Under the pieces are notes generated by a model, which saw nothing but the letters and a program-made list of their open reading frames with translations, was not told the DNA's origin and did not search any database. Shown one piece after another: positions 10,692 through 26,435 of a stretch of DNA of 64,000 nt (its first letter is position 1; every line of letters starts with the position of its first letter). The translations under genes were made by a program, and so were the position numbers. Source of the DNA: an uncultured Planctomycetaceae bacterium (GTDB lineage Bacteria; Planctomycetota; Planctomycetia; Planctomycetales; Planctomycetaceae); contig CAWFGE010000022.1 in the NCBI GenBank assembly GCA_963815195.1, positions 96,001-160,000 of the forward strand, read 5' to 3'.

Positions 10692-10879
10692 ACTCACAAG
10701 GAAAGCGTGTGGGTGGCTGGGGTGCAAATCCTCCTTTGAATGACGCTTGAATTACGAATGCTGGGGCTGTGGCCTGGCGAGAAAAATCTCACACGGCCCC
10801 AGGTCTCAAATCCCCTTTTTCTTCGGAACAATCCTTTGCGCCCCAGCCACCCCCTCCGCATTCGACTTACAGTTTGAGT
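10692..10879. mobile_element. MITE-like element, family 2, copy B (diverged)
   Basis: GGGTGGCTGGGGTGCAAA...TTTGCGCCCCAGCCACCC; inner CTGGGGCTGTG/CACGGCCCCAG; right end CTTACAGTTTGAGTA. Confidence 0.7.
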
Positions 10880-10979
10880 AAATACAATACGCACCCCGGA
10901 ATCGCCACGAAGAAGATCAGAGCACGGCCCGTCCATGCAAAGATTTTTTTCGTGCGTTTCGTGGTCCCTGAAATCTTCA

Positions 10980-14124
<3,145 letters not shown>

Positions 14125-14191
14125 TGAGTTCACTTCAAGCAAAAAAAACGATAAGGACAGAACCGAGGAGGAGATCGTTGAAGGTTTGTTT

Positions 14192-14256
14192 AGAGCCGCG
14201 CACAAAGTAAGCGGTCGGTTTTTTCATCTTGTTCCGCTTACTTCGTGCGCGGCTCT
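14192..14256. repeat. REP doublet, family 3 (23-bp inverted arms)
   Basis: AGAGCCGCGCACAAAGTAAGCGG (14192-14214) and CCGCTTACTTCGTGCGCGGCTCT (14234-14256); same family at 28227-28416. Confidence 0.85.
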
Positions 14257-14269
14257 TTTCCCTTCGCGT

Positions 14270-15636
14270 TTATTCGACACGCACTTTCTGCCCCGGCTTG
14301 AGGCGGCCGATGGTGGCAGTGACGATTTGCTCGTTGCCGGTGAGGCCGGTGGTGATTTCAATGTGCCGGCCGTCGTCGAGGCCGGTGCCGACCTCCACGC
14401 GGGAGACCGTGTTATCCGCACTCACCGCGTAAACATAGCTGTTGCCTTTGCCGTCGTACCGCACCACGCCCGCGGGCAGCACCAGGGCGTCGCGCTCCGC
14501 GAGGGTGACGGTAACCTCTCCGTACATACCCGGCAGCAGCGTGATCTGGCGATCCTGGTTTTTGAGTTCGATCTCCGCGGTCATCGTGCGGGTGCTGGGA
14601 TCGAGCCGGCCGGAGACGCGGGTGAGTTTCGATTCGATCGCAGGACCGCGAACAGGCGCAAGTGGATCGATACCGCATCGCCCGCATTCGCCCAGGGGGC
14701 ATCGTTCTCCGGGATCTGAACCCGAACGCGGACGGTATCCACTTGAGCGACGCTGAAGAGCGGTTCGCGATTCTCAGCGGAAGAGGTCTGCGTGTTGCGG
14801 ACCAGATCGCCGAGATCGACGTTGCGGGCCGTGACGATCCCCGCAAACGGGGCCTTCAGCGTGGCGTAATCGATCATCGTTTGCAGTTCTTCGAGTTGCT
14901 TGCGGGCCACATCGGTTTGCGCTTGGGCGGAGTCGCGCTCCGCCTCGGCGGCGGCGATTTTCGATTTGGCGACCGTCAGCCGGGCTTCCGCCGAGGACAC
15001 CGCGGCCTCGGCGGCTTTTTGGGCCGCTTCGGACGACTCGAACCGCTTCTGCGATTCATCCAAGAGCCGATCCGCCACCGACTGCCGTTGCACGAGGTCC
15101 CGCGTGCGGACCAATTCCCGCCGGTCGGCCGATACCAGGGCCTCCGATTTCCCCACCTCCGCCTGGGCCTGCTTCCATTCCGAATCCGCTGCGGTCTGCA
15201 TCGACTTGGCGACCTGCACTTCGGCCTCGGCCCGCTTCTCATCCGCTTCCAACTTGCGGACTTCCGCTTGCTGGCGTTCCTTTTGTTTGTCGAGTTCCGG
15301 GACGCTCATAATCCCCAACACGTCCCCGGCTTTGACCTCATCGCCGATGTCGTGCTTGAGTTCCGTCAAATAGCCGGCGACTTTCGCATAAATCTCGGCT
15401 TCATAATAGGCCGAAACCGTCGCCGGCTGGGTCGCGGTGCGGCGGAGCGTTTTCCGCTCCGGCTTGACGACCGAAACCGTGATGGGGCCGCCGGTCGAGG
15501 CGTCATTTTGAGAAGCGGCCGCCGATTCGGTCTCAGCGTCCGCGGTCATCAAGGGCGAGTTCCCGCACCCCGCTAAACCCAGCGGGACCAGAAAGCCCAT
15601 CAAAACACCTGAATAAATATGGATTCTGTTCATCAT
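14270..15636 (-). CDS. RND periplasmic adaptor (MFP) lipoprotein; frameshift near 14650
   Basis: LAGC lipobox, AKVAGY..DIGDEVKAGD, coiled coil, LKAPFAGIVT; C-terminal LLPGMYGEV...GLTGNE in second frame. Confidence 0.88.
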
Positions 15637-15999
15637 CACCTTGTCCACAAAAAATACCTGCCGCATTTTCCTATCCTGTCTCACACGGGCGGATTATTCA
15701 ATTACCGCAACATTAGAAGTCGCTAATTATCCGCGAGGTCCATCGGGAAAGGCCAGTTTCTTTTGAGGGAGGAGTCCGATCGCAACAAACGCAATCGTCG
15801 AGAGTTACGCAAAACGGCGTCGGCCGGCTGCTGGTCGATGGGTCCGAGGGCAAAGCGATGCAGGCGATACATCCCGCAAATTCGGTGAATCCCGCAAAGT
15901 CAAACCGCCGATTTTGTAGAAGACCTTTGATGTCAGGCGATCGTGATTGGACGATGCCGGCAAACGACGGATACCGGAAAATTCAGCGGGGGAACGGGC

Positions 16000-17710
16000 A
16001 TGCGAGGTTCGCGCGCGAACTATCAGCGGAAACTGGCGGCGTGGGCGATGTCCTTGTGCTTAGGCGGCTGTGCGGCGGACAGCTTCCGTGCGAACTCCAC
16101 GACGCCCCCCGCGCGCGAAGTCCTGCCGGCCGCGCTCGCGCGAAAATTCCCCGCCGACGAACTCGCCGACCGCCCGGAGCATTGGAACGCCGAACTGCCG
16201 CTGGTCGCCGGCGATCAACACACGCGGACCGGTTTGGAAGAACCACCCCGTTCGGCGGCTCCCGCAGTTTCCAGGCCGGCTTTCGATACGCCGATTCAAT
16301 TGACAGCCTCGTCCCAGTTGGAACAAAAACCTCCGATCAACGCGCCCAAACCGCTCGACATTCCCCAAGAAGCCCAGCCGGCGAACGACGCGGTGCCCCC
16401 GGTTCCCGAATCTCAAGCGGCAAGCGAAGGCACGCCTTTGGATCTGTCGTCGGTCCTGGTCATGGCCGCGGGCCGGAATCCGCAGGTCGCGTATGCCCAG
16501 GAGCGAATTCCGGGAAGCCTGGGCCCGGCAGGAGGCGGCGGCGGTCTTGTGGCTGCCTTCGCTCCAGGCCGGGGTCAATTATTACAAGCACGAAGGGGCT
16601 TTGCAGGCGGTCGAGGGGCCGGTCTCGAACATCAGCCGGGGCGGACTCTACACCGGCTTCGGAGCCCGCGCGATCGGGGCGGCGAACCCTGCGATTCCCG
16701 GTTTGTTCGCCCGGTTCGCTTTGAACGATGCGATACATCAACCCGAAATCACTGCCTGGCAAACGAACGCCCGCTGCCACGCTTCGGCCGCGACTCGCAA
16801 TCAGGTCTTGTTGGACACCGCCGTCGCTTATCTCAGGCTCTTGGAGGCCCACCAGGCCAAAGCGATCGCGCGAGAGACGCTGGCGAATGCGGAAAATTTG
16901 GCGAAACTCACCAAGTCCTTCGCCGATGCGGGCCAAGGCTCCCGGGCCGACGCCGACCGCGCCGCGACCGAGTTGACGCTCCGACAAAACGCCGTCGAGC
17001 AAACCGAGGAAAGGGTTCAAGTCGCATCCGCCCAGTTGGCGCAGCAGTTGAGTATCGATCCGACCTTGGCCATCTTCCCCACGGAGCCGGCGCTCATTCC
17101 GCTGGATTTGATTTCCGGAGAGCGGACGCCGCGGGAACTCGTCTCGCTAGGCCTCAAAAACCGGCCCGAGTTGGCGGAGAGCACCGCGCTCGTCCAGGCC
17201 GCGACCAAGGAACTCGAGCGGGTCCGGCAGGCTCCGCTTTTGCCCAGCCTGCTGTTGGGCATGAGTTACGGCGGATTCGGCGGCGGCGTGGGCGGGACGA
17301 TCGCCAACTATGCCGACCGTTTCGACTTTGAAGCCGCCGCTTATTGGCAAGTCCGCAACCTGGGCTTCGGGGAAAAATCCGCCCGCGACGAGGCCCAATC
17401 CCAACACCATCAGGCGCAAATCCAACAGGTCCGCCGGCTCGATCAAGTGGCCCGCGAAGTCGCCCAAGCCCAATCGCAGGTCCAAGCCAGGCAGCGGCAA
17501 ATTGCCATCGCCCAGCGAGGCATCGAAACCGCCCGCGACTCCTACCGGCGAAATCTCGAACGCATCCAGGACGGCCAGGGATTGCCGATCGAAGTTTTGC
17601 AGTCGATCCAGGCCCTCGACGGCGCCCGCCGCGAATACCTGCGAACGGTTGTCGATTACAACGAAGCCCAATTCCGCTTGCAGTGGGCGATCGGCTGGCC
17701 GGTGCAATAA
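16000..17710 (+). CDS. TolC-family outer-membrane efflux lipoprotein; frameshift near 16510
   Basis: LGGC lipobox; LDLSSVL..A..RNP; AYLRLL, NRPEL, EVLQSIQAL, YNEAQFRLQWAIG. Confidence 0.85.
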
Positions 17711-18033
17711 CTTGCGCCGCCCCGTCTCAAACCTCGCCGAACCAGAAAGGGCCAGATCGGGCATGTGTTGACGCCAACCTTGATGATCGGCAGCGGTAAC
17801 ACATCCGGCCCGAGCCGTCGACTCCAACTCGCCCAAACCCCCACTCTCAATCCAGCTTGACAAAAACCGCCATCTTCCAATCTTGGCAAATTCCCACCCA
17901 TCAAACCCAAAGCAAACTCGGTCCCGCACCCTCGCCGTCAATGGCTTGGGAAATGCTCTTCATCCATTTTCCAAAATCGACTAACCTCCGCCCGAATTCC
18001 CCTAGATCACCATTTGTTGGAATTGGGCTTTGA

Positions 18034-18873
18034 ATGCTCGGCGGACTGCCTACGCCCTCGCAAGACGGGATGATTCACGCGATCGGACGATTGACCGTTG
18101 CCGCAGTGACGGCGGTGGGCGATTTGTCGCTGTTTTCGCTACGGATGATGGGGTGGACGTTCGCCCGCCGCCAGCGGTCGTCGGTGCTCGTTGCCAACAT
18201 GCACGAAATCGGCGTGCGGAGCCTGCCTGTGGTGTTGATCACGGGGCTGTTCATCGGGATGGTGTTGGCGGTTCAGACTTACGATCAATTCAAAGCCCTG
18301 CGGATGGAAAGCCGATTGGGAGCCGTCATCAACATTTCCCTGGTGCGGGAACTGGGGCCGGTGCTCGCGGCGACGATGCTCGCCGGGCGGGTGGGAAGTG
18401 CGATGGCCGCCGAGTTGGGCACGATGCGGGTCACCGAGCAAATCGACGCCCTCCGCGCCTTGGGAGCCAATCCGATTCATTACCTCGTGGTGCCCCGGTT
18501 CCTCGCGTGTTTTCTGTTGATTCCCATGCTCACGGCCCTGGCGGATGCGATCGGAATCTTCGGCGGCTGGTTCTTGAGCGTGGAAGTCTTGGGGATCAAC
18601 AATTTCCATTATTGGCATCACGCGACGAGCTATGTGGCTGCTTATGATGTGCTCTGCGGGCTATTGAAAAGCGTGTTCTTCGGGGCGGCGATCGCCTTGA
18701 TCGGTTGTCATCGAGGCTTCCACTGCGGAGCCGGGGCCGAGGGTGTGGGCCGGGCCGCGACCGAAGCGTTCGTGTTGTCGTTTGTGATCATCCTGGCCCT
18801 CGATTTCTTCACCAATGTGTTCTTCAACACCTTGTATTACCTCATCTGGCCGGGCACGGTCACGCTGACGTGA
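18034..18873 (+). CDS. mlaE: MlaE-family ABC permease
   Basis: [42 protein letters not shown]. Confidence 0.93.
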   Translation: MLGGLPTPSQDGMIHAIGRLTVAAVTAVGDLSLFSLRMMGWTFARRQRSSVLVANMHEIGVRSLPVVLITGLFIGMVLAVQTYDQFKALRMESRLGAVINISLVRELGPVLAATMLAGRVGSAMAAELGTMRVTEQIDALRALGANPIHYLVVPRFLACFLLIPMLTALADAIGIFGGWFLSVEVLGINNFHYWHHATSYVAAYDVLCGLLKSVFFGAAIALIGCHRGFHCGAGAEGVGRAATEAFVLSFVIILALDFFTNVFFNTLYYLIWPGTVTLT

Positions 18874-18903
18874 TTTCTTGCATGGAGGATAGACCGCCTG
18901 CCG

Positions 18904-19718
18904 ATGTCCAGCGACGTTTCTTCTCCGGAACCGCCGACGATCGAACTCCGGCACGTTTCGCGCGATTTCGGCGCGCAGAAGGTGCTGCGCGATGTGTCGC
19001 TGAAGGTGCACCGGGGCGAGACGCTGGTGATCATCGGGGAAAGCGGCTGCGGAAAGAGCGTGACCATGAAACTCATGATGGCGTTGATCGAACCCTCCCG
19101 CGGCGAAGTCCTCTGGAGCGGCCGGCCGGTGAACGACCGCAGCGAGCACGAACTCACGCACGACCGGCTGAAATTCGGGTATCTGTTTCAAGGAGCAGCC
19201 CTGTTTGACAGCATGAGCATCTACGAGAACGTCGCCTTCGGGCTCCGGCAGAACACCAACCTCGCCGAAAGGCAGACTCATGAGATTGTCTGCGAACGGC
19301 TTCGCGAGGTGGGCCTGCCGGAAAGCGTGGCCCGCAAGAAGCCGGCGGAGCTTTCCGGCGGGATGAAAAAACGCGTGGGCCTCGCGCGGCGCTGGCAATG
19401 ACGCCGGATGTGATGTTGTACGACGAGCCGACGACGGGCCTCGATCCCATTATGAGCGATGTGATCAACGAACTGATTTTACGAGTTCGCGCCCAGCGGC
19501 CCGTGACGAGCATCGTGGTCACGCACGACATGCGGACGGTGCAAAAAGTCGCCGACCGGATTGTGATGCTGTATCCCGTCTCCCGGCTGCCCTTGGACGC
19601 TCCGCAGATCGTCTTTCAAGGCACGGCCGAGGAAGCGTTTTCGACGGCCGATCCCAAAGTCGCCCAATTCGTCCGCGGCGAAGCCGGCGAACGCTTGGAA
19701 GAACTCGCGATTGGATGA
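18904..19718 (+). CDS. mlaF: MlaF-family ABC ATPase; frameshift near 19389
   Basis: GESGCGKS Walker [23 protein letters not shown], then [11 protein letters not shown] and VTHD in the next frame. Confidence 0.9.
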
Positions 19719-19743
19719 ACCTTTCCTATCGAGGACAAAAATC

Positions 19744-20883
19744 ATGACGGAACGACAAATGCAGTTTCGTGTGGGGTTGTTCGTGATCGTGGCGGTGGTG
19801 GCGACCGGGGTGATGGTGTTTCACTTCGGCCAGCTCCAGACGCTTTGGCAGCCGCAGTATCCGCTCCTGCTGCATTTCGATTCCGCCCCCGGCGTCTATC
19901 CCGGCACGCCCGTCCGCCGGAACGGCGTCGCCATCGGCAAGGTGGAGGACGTGGTGTTCGACAAGTACGAAGGCGGCGTGATCGTGATGGCGCGCATCAA
20001 CAGCGATGTCAAGCTCCGCCAGGATGCCGAGCCGGGCCTGGTGCAATCGCTCCTGGGGGATGCGACCATCGAATTCACGCCGGGCAAAAGCCCGCGATTC
20101 TTGGCTTCGGGAGCCAAGGTCGAGGGCAAAACGCCCAAGGATCCGGTGCAGATCGTCGAGGATTTGGAAAAGAACGTCAGCATCACCCTGGCGACGTTCA
20201 ACAGCACGGGAGCCGAGTGGAACAAGGTCGCCCGGAACCTCAACAGCCTGATGGATACGAATCGCGGCAACCTCGACAAGGTGATCGAGCAAACGGTCGT
20301 CTCGCTCGACGAGTTCACCAAAACCATGACCATCGCCCAAAAGACGCTGAACTATGCCGACACGGTTCTCGGCGATCCGACGGCTCAGGCGAACCTGAAA
20401 AAATCGCTCGAATCGCTGCCGGGGATGATTGACGAAACCCGGCAGGTGATCCAAACCGTGCGGCTGGCGGTCGTCAAGGCGGACGAGAACCTGGCGAACC
20501 TCAATGGCGTCACGGCCCCCTTGGCCGAGCGGAGCACGTCCATCGTCACCCGGTTGGACAGCACGGTCGCGAACCTCGACGCGGTGTCCAGCCAACTCCG
20601 CGACTTCGTGGAACTGGCGGTGAAAAAGGACGGCTCCATCCAGCAATTCACCGCAAATCCCGATCTGTACAACAACTTGAACAACTCGGCCGCGTCTTTG
20701 GCGGTGTTACTCAAAAACCTCGATCCTGTGCTTCGCGACGTGAGAATCTTCAGCGACAAAATCGCCCGCCATCCCGAAATCATCGGGGTCAGCGGGGCGC
20801 TGACTCCCAGCAGCGGTGTCAAGGAGCCGGTGATGGAATATCCACAAACCGCCCGCCCGAATCCAATATTTCCGAGAAACTGA
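19744..20883 (+). CDS. mlaD: MlaD/MCE-family protein with long helical tail
   Basis: N-terminal TM (RVGLFV), GTPVRRNGVAIGKV, SLLGDATIEFTPG; follows mlaEF. Confidence 0.88.
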   Translation: MTERQMQFRVGLFVIVAVVATGVMVFHFGQLQTLWQPQYPLLLHFDSAPGVYPGTPVRRNGVAIGKVEDVVFDKYEGGVIVMARINSDVKLRQDAEPGLVQSLLGDATIEFTPGKSPRFLASGAKVEGKTPKDPVQIVEDLEKNVSITLATFNSTGAEWNKVARNLNSLMDTNRGNLDKVIEQTVVSLDEFTKTMTIAQKTLNYADTVLGDPTAQANLKKSLESLPGMIDETRQVIQTVRLAVVKADENLANLNGVTAPLAERSTSIVTRLDSTVANLDAVSSQLRDFVELAVKKDGSIQQFTANPDLYNNLNNSAASLAVLLKNLDPVLRDVRIFSDKIARHPEIIGVSGALTPSSGVKEPVMEYPQTARPNPIFPRN

Positions 20884-20962
20884 AGCGCTTTTTGCTAAAA
20901 TATCCGTTAGGAACAGATGGGCCTGCCCATCTTTTCCAATTTGCGGCAGGGACGAGATGCCT

Positions 20963-21027
20963 TAGGGGGTCCGCCCCGGTTCATTTGAACAAGCAAGAAA
21001 ATCAGCCGCAGGGCGTAGCTCCGGTTC
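20963..21027. repeat. REP units, family 4
   Basis: GGTCCGCCCCGGTTCATT and ATCAGCCGCAGGGCGTAGCTCCGGTTC match units at 51042-51170. Confidence 0.6.
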
Positions 21028-21091
21028 ATTCCAACAACCGGACCCGGTGGCCGCGTGAAAGACAGGAATCTCAATCTCCAGGTGAGAACCG

Positions 21092-21646
21092 ATGACGGAA
21101 GCCACTCTTTCCATAAATTCGGCCGCCCTGGCCTCTTCCGTTCCCAAGCGGAGTTCGCGGGCGCTGTTGTTGGGGATGATCTTGGTGTTGGGCGTGGGTC
21201 TCGACCAGGCCACCAAATGGTGGGCCGAAACGACGCTCGACCGCACCCGTACGATTTCGATGGCCGCGGATACGTTCCGCATCCAATACGCCGAGAACCC
21301 CGGGGCGTTTCTGGGCCTGGGCGGCAATCTCTCGCCCGAATCCCGGTTCTGGCTGCTGACCGCGGTGAATGCCATGTTTCTGGCGGTGATTTGCGGAATC
21401 CTTCTTGCCCGCTGGCACATGCACTCCCCCCAATTTGTCGCGTTGGGGCTGCTACTCACGGGAGGCGTCGGGAATCTCGTCGACCGCATCACGCAAAACG
21501 GTCTCGTCACGGACTTTTTGAACGTCGGCCTCGGACCGGTCCGCACGGGGATCTTCAATGTGGCCGACATGGCGATCATGGCCGGGGCCGGCTTGTTGTT
21601 CTGGATGTCCTTTCACCACGAGTCCCATGCGGAACATGCCGAGTAG
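21092..21646 (+). CDS. lspA: Lipoprotein signal peptidase (signal peptidase II)
   Basis: DQATK, NPGAFLG, GGVGNLVDR, VTDF, FNVAD motifs. Confidence 0.95.
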   Translation: MTEATLSINSAALASSVPKRSSRALLLGMILVLGVGLDQATKWWAETTLDRTRTISMAADTFRIQYAENPGAFLGLGGNLSPESRFWLLTAVNAMFLAVICGILLARWHMHSPQFVALGLLLTGGVGNLVDRITQNGLVTDFLNVGLGPVRTGIFNVADMAIMAGAGLLFWMSFHHESHAEHAE

Positions 21647-22293
21647 GCCGAAAGGCAAAAGCGGCTCCGCCTGTTCCAGAAGCAACGGGACGACCTTCCA
21701 CCAAAACCCTGCCGGGCAAGCGAAGCTCAGGGCAGGAGAGCGGCTATTGTGCCAATTGCCTTTGCGGCTTCCGGCGGTCTGCGCAGCAAAGTCTTTGCCG
21801 ACGCCCAACGTCCGCAACTCTTTGAACCAGCGCTGGCCGGTCTTCCACTGCTTCCAGACATAACTTCGGCTGGAACGGTTCCGCCGAACAGGGCCCGCCG
21901 GTGAGGAGTCTTAACACCAGAACCAGAACGCTCCACGATGGGTCTCCTCAAGCGTCTCCGCTAATGGCTTGGCTTAGCCGCGATGGCGGGCTTCGGTATT
22001 TCAGGCGTTTGGGTGTGTCTCGGAGAATTTCTGATAAGTTCGGTCAGGGGGAACTGGCAACTTTTTCCGGCAAATCCCTGGACAATATCCAACGTCCTCT
22101 GTAAACAAAAACGTATTAGGTAAAAAACGCCGGCAGAGAATCCTGGCCCGAGGCGCGGGAATAGGGGAGATGGAACGTCTTCCACCGGAGATCCCGAGCG
22201 AGCCTCGGCCTCGGCCGGGCGAAGACACAACCCGGCTGCAAACGCGGCTCGGCGTGCCCTGGGTGAAGAGAAATCCAGAAAGAGTACATTCCA

Positions 22294-23034
22294 ATGACGA
22301 ACGAAAAAACCGGCGAAAAGCCGATGATCGTGGCGGAAGGCCTGAGCAAGTTCTACGGCCCGTTCGTGGCGGTGCGGGATATTTCATTCTCGGTGCCCAA
22401 GGGCCAGGTCGCCGCGTTTTTGGGGCCGAACGGCGCGGGCAAATCGACGACGATGAAACTGCTCACCGGGTTCCTGGCCCCTTCGGAAGGGCGGGCGGTC
22501 ATCGGCGGGTTTGACGTGTCCACCGACCGGGAAGACGCCAGCCGCCTGATCGGCTATCTGCCCGAAAATGGCCCACTGTACAACGAAATGACCCCCAAGT
22601 CCCTGTTGAAATACATGGGCCACGCCCACGGCATGTCCTCGTCTGAACTCAAGCACCGCCTGGACTACGTCGCCGACAAGTGCGCTTTGACCTCCGTCTG
22701 GTCCAAAACAATCTCCAAGCTGTCGCGCGGGTTTCGCCAGCGGGTGGGCATGGCGCATGCCCTCTTGCATAATCCCGAAGTCTTGATCCTCGACGAACCG
22801 ACCAGCGGCCTCGATCCCAACCAGGTGCACGACGTCCGCAACCTGATCCGCAGCCTGGGCAAGACCAAAACGATCCTGCTCTCCACGCACATTTTGACCG
22901 AGGTCAAGGCCGTCTGCAGCCGGGTGCTGTTGGTCAACCAGGGCCGAATGGTTTTCGACGGCCCCGTGGAAAAAATGCAAGGCACGACCGAAGAGATGGA
23001 AAACAAATTCCGCGAGCTCACCGCGGCCCGGTGA
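22294..23034 (+). CDS. ABC transporter ATP-binding protein (GldA-like)
   Basis: LGPNGAGKSTT, GYLPE, LSRGFRQRVG, ILDEPTSGLDP, STH. Confidence 0.92.
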   Translation: MTNEKTGEKPMIVAEGLSKFYGPFVAVRDISFSVPKGQVAAFLGPNGAGKSTTMKLLTGFLAPSEGRAVIGGFDVSTDREDASRLIGYLPENGPLYNEMTPKSLLKYMGHAHGMSSSELKHRLDYVADKCALTSVWSKTISKLSRGFRQRVGMAHALLHNPEVLILDEPTSGLDPNQVHDVRNLIRSLGKTKTILLSTHILTEVKAVCSRVLLVNQGRMVFDGPVEKMQGTTEEMENKFRELTAAR

Positions 23035-23109
23035 GCTGGTGGACGCCAAACTCAAATGATTTCTTAAGCCAATTCGAACTCAGCGAGAATCTGACCGGAA
23101 GAGAGCGCT

Positions 23110-26100
23110 ATGTCCCTATTCTCCAATCTGCTGCTCTATGCCGCGATCCTGATCCCGATCGCCTATGTGGTTTATCGCACGGCGACCAGCCACGTCGTCC
23201 GGGCCGTGTTCGCGCGGAACGTGATGAGCTACTTTTCGGGGATCCTCGGCTATCTGTTTATCGTGGTGTTCGTGGTGGTCGCCGCGATTTTGGCCTTCAA
23301 CGACCAGTTCTTCACCGCGAACCTGGCGAACCTCGACCAGCTCACCAAGGCGTTTCCGCTCTTGTTGTTGTTCATCGTGCCCGCCATCACGATGACGGCC
23401 TGGTCCGAGGAGCGAAAGCAGGGCACGGACGAGTCTGTTGTTCACGCTGCCCGCGAACGACGTGGAAATCCTGATTGGCAAGTATCTCGCCGTGGTCGCG
23501 GTGTATTCGGTGGCCTTGGCGTTTTCGATGACCTTGTGGGGCGTCTTGGCCATGTTCTCCGAACCGGGCTTTCGCATGTTTGTCAGCACGTACCTGGGCT
23601 ATTGGCTGGCGGGGGCAAGTTTGCTCGCCGTGGGCATGTTCGCCTCGGCTTTGACCCGCAGCGCGACGGTGGCATTCGTGTTGGGGGCCATCATCTGCGC
23701 CGTGCCGGTGTTTCTTTCGACGTCTTCGATGGGCCGGATCATGGAGATTCTCACAGAGAGCATCCCCGTCGCTCTCAGCCCGTGGTTGAATAAGGTGCTC
23801 ACCACCGGGGCCGAGCATCTTACCGCATTCAGCATCGGCGAGCATCTGCACGAGTTCAGCCTGGGCGTCGTGCGGCTGTCGAGCGTGTTGTATTTTGAAT
23901 CCCTCGCCGCCCTGTTTCTGTATTTGAACCTGATCGTCATCAGCGAACGCCATTGGAGCCGCAGCCAGAAATGGAGCATGGGCCTGCAATACGCCGTGCG
24001 CTCGGTGTGCGTGCTGGCGATTTTGACCAGCCTGTACGTCGTCGCGACCCAATCGTCGGGCCGGGCCGATGTCGATCTCACGCCGCAAAAGTATTTCACG
24101 CTCAGCGATGCGACGACGCAGGTGATCGACGGCATCGAGCAGGACCGCCCGGTAACCGTCCAGGCGTTTATTTCGCCCGAGGTGCCGGGGGATTTCGTGC
24201 GGACCAAACGCCGGCTGGAAGGCCTGCTGCGGCAGATCGACCAGCGGGGCGGCAGCCGGGTCACCTTGCGAATCAAACCGACGACCAAATACAGCCCGGC
24301 CGCCGACGAGGCCAAGAGCTTAGGCATCGAACCGCAAACCGTGGAAGCCGAAGAGGAAGGAAAACAGGTCACCGAAGAGGTGTTTATGGGAATCGTCGTC
24401 AGCAGCAGCTACGACGAGGTCGTGGTGCCGTTCGTCGGCGTGGGCACGCCCATCGAATACGAGCTCACGCGGTCGCTGCGGACGGTCTCCAACGCCCACC
24501 GCCTCACCGTGGGCATCCTGGAAACCGAAGCCCACGTGATGAGCGACTCCATGCGGTTTGGGGAAATCGTCGAGGAACTTCGCCGGCAGTACAACGTGGA
24601 ATCCGTGTTGGCGGACAGCCCGATCGAGCGGGAAAAAGAACTCTTTGCCATCGAGAAGGACAACCTCATCAAGTCCCTGAAGAACGCGAAGGAAGACAAA
24701 TTCCCGGACGACCTGCAAAAACTGTTCGCCGAACAGAAAACCAAGCTGTCGGACGATTTTACGTTCAAAATCAAGAAACCGGGCGAAACCTGGACGCTTT
24801 CTGACAACCGCATCAACCGCAAGTACACGATCAACCGCACGGAGGAAAAAGCCGACGAAGACGAGGCGAAGAACGACGAGAAACCGATCGAGGCCGAAAA
24901 GAAGGCGGAGGGCAAGAAGCCTGCGAAGCCGAAGTACGCCGTTTACACCGACCGCTACGACGTGGTGCTCGCGGTACTGCCTTCGACGCTCAACCCGATG
25001 CAGATGGACCATTTCGTGAAGTACGTCAAAGGCGGCGGCCCGACGTTGATCTTCGACGATCCGCTGCCGTTGGTCTTTCTGGGCGCGGGAACGTGATCTC
25101 CATGGCACCGCGGGTGAATCCGCAAAACAATCCCCATCAGCAGCAAATGGGCATGCCGCCGGCCCAGCGGGCCGACAACGGCCAAGCCACCTCGCTGATG
25201 AACGCCCTCAACTTGCTTTGGAACAACGGCGAAGTCGCGTGGGATCTGTATAACCCCTATCCCGAATACGAAGACCAGCCGTGGTGGCGGCGGGGCTTGT
25301 TCACGGTCATCGGCGAGCGGGTCATCGGGAAAGACGACGACGAAACGATCCATGCGCTCAACCAGGACAGCGAAGTCACCCAGGGGCTCAATCGGCTGAT
25401 GTTGTTGTACACGGGCACGATCCGCGAGAAGCGGATCGGCGACATGGAGTTTACGCCGCTGGTCCGCACCGGAAAGACGTCGGGCGTTTTCAAATGGGAC
25501 GAGATCACGGGCTCGCAGTTCGGCCAGACCGTGCTCGAACCCGTGGATGACTCGCTCCCGCCTTTGGATCTCTCCGGCATGTCGGAAGAGGAAAAGAAAC
25601 AGGCCCTTGAGGGCTCGGGGTTCCGGCCCGATTCGTTCTCCCACATCATCGCGGCCCGCATTCGCGGAAAGAAGGACAATAACGTCAACGCGATCTATGT
25701 TGCCGACTGCGATTTGATCAGCAACGTGTTCTTCGATCTCCGCCGGAATCAATGGCTGAATCTCGATTTGGACAACGTCTCGTTCGTCTTGAACGCGGTG
25801 GATTCGCTGGCGGGCGAGAAGTCGTTTTTGGAACTCCGCCGCCGCAAGCCTCCGCATCCCTCGCTGACGGGGATCGAAAAAGAGAAAGAAGTCTTGAGCA
25901 AAAAGCAGCGGGAAGCGGTCAACGAAGCCAAGGCGAAATACGCGAAGCAAGTCGAGAAATTCCGCAAGGTGCTCGAAGATCTCCAGAAGGATCTCAACAG
26001 CAACAGCGAGTTGTCGATGTACGAAAAACGGCGGCAAGTGGGCATGACGCTCGAAAGCGAAAGCCGCCGGCTCAAAGGCGAAATGGACAAGATGAAAGAC

Positions 26101-26286
26101 GACCTCAACAAGAAAGTCGAAGAGGCAAAGTCCAACTACGAGCGCGAGGTCAACAAGACGGAGAACAAAATCCGCCTGATGGCCACGCTGCTTCCGGCGC
26201 TCCCGGCGATTGCGCTCGGGCTGTTGTTTCTCTGCGTTCGCGTCGCCAACGAACGCCGCGAAATCGCCCCCGACCGCCGCCGCTGA
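23110..26286 (+). CDS. GldF-like ABC-2 permease fused to GldG-like auxiliary domain; frameshifts near 23434 and 25092
   Basis: PAITM..WSEERKQGTDE then LFTLP..GKYLA; DLT..KYFTLS, EYELTR, DN..FVLNAVD.LAG, C-terminal TM; three ORFs are collinear pieces. Confidence 0.8.
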
Positions 26287-26435
26287 TTTTGTTAATTAAA
26301 TGCGAGCAGACCAACCTAGGGTCGGTGCCCGCGTCAGCCCCATGATCGATTGAGTCTTCGAAAACGCCGCACACCGGCCGCTCGCCCGTTGGTTTTTCAT
26401 TGGTCATTGATGCCTGGTCATTGGAATTTTGAGAT

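Noticed and set aside
17749..17811. Structured ncRNA after the TolC gene (ATGTGTT...AACACAT stem)
   Set aside because: Single imperfect hairpin, no match to an RNA family I can recognise, no U-tract
19380..19401. Programmed frameshift or genuinely split mlaF (and similar splits)
   Set aside because: No slippery heptamer; break falls inside a conserved ABC motif; part of the regional indel cluster
21647..22293. Small genes in the 650-bp gap after lspA
   Set aside because: Candidate ORFs lack motifs, convincing SD and host-like codon bias
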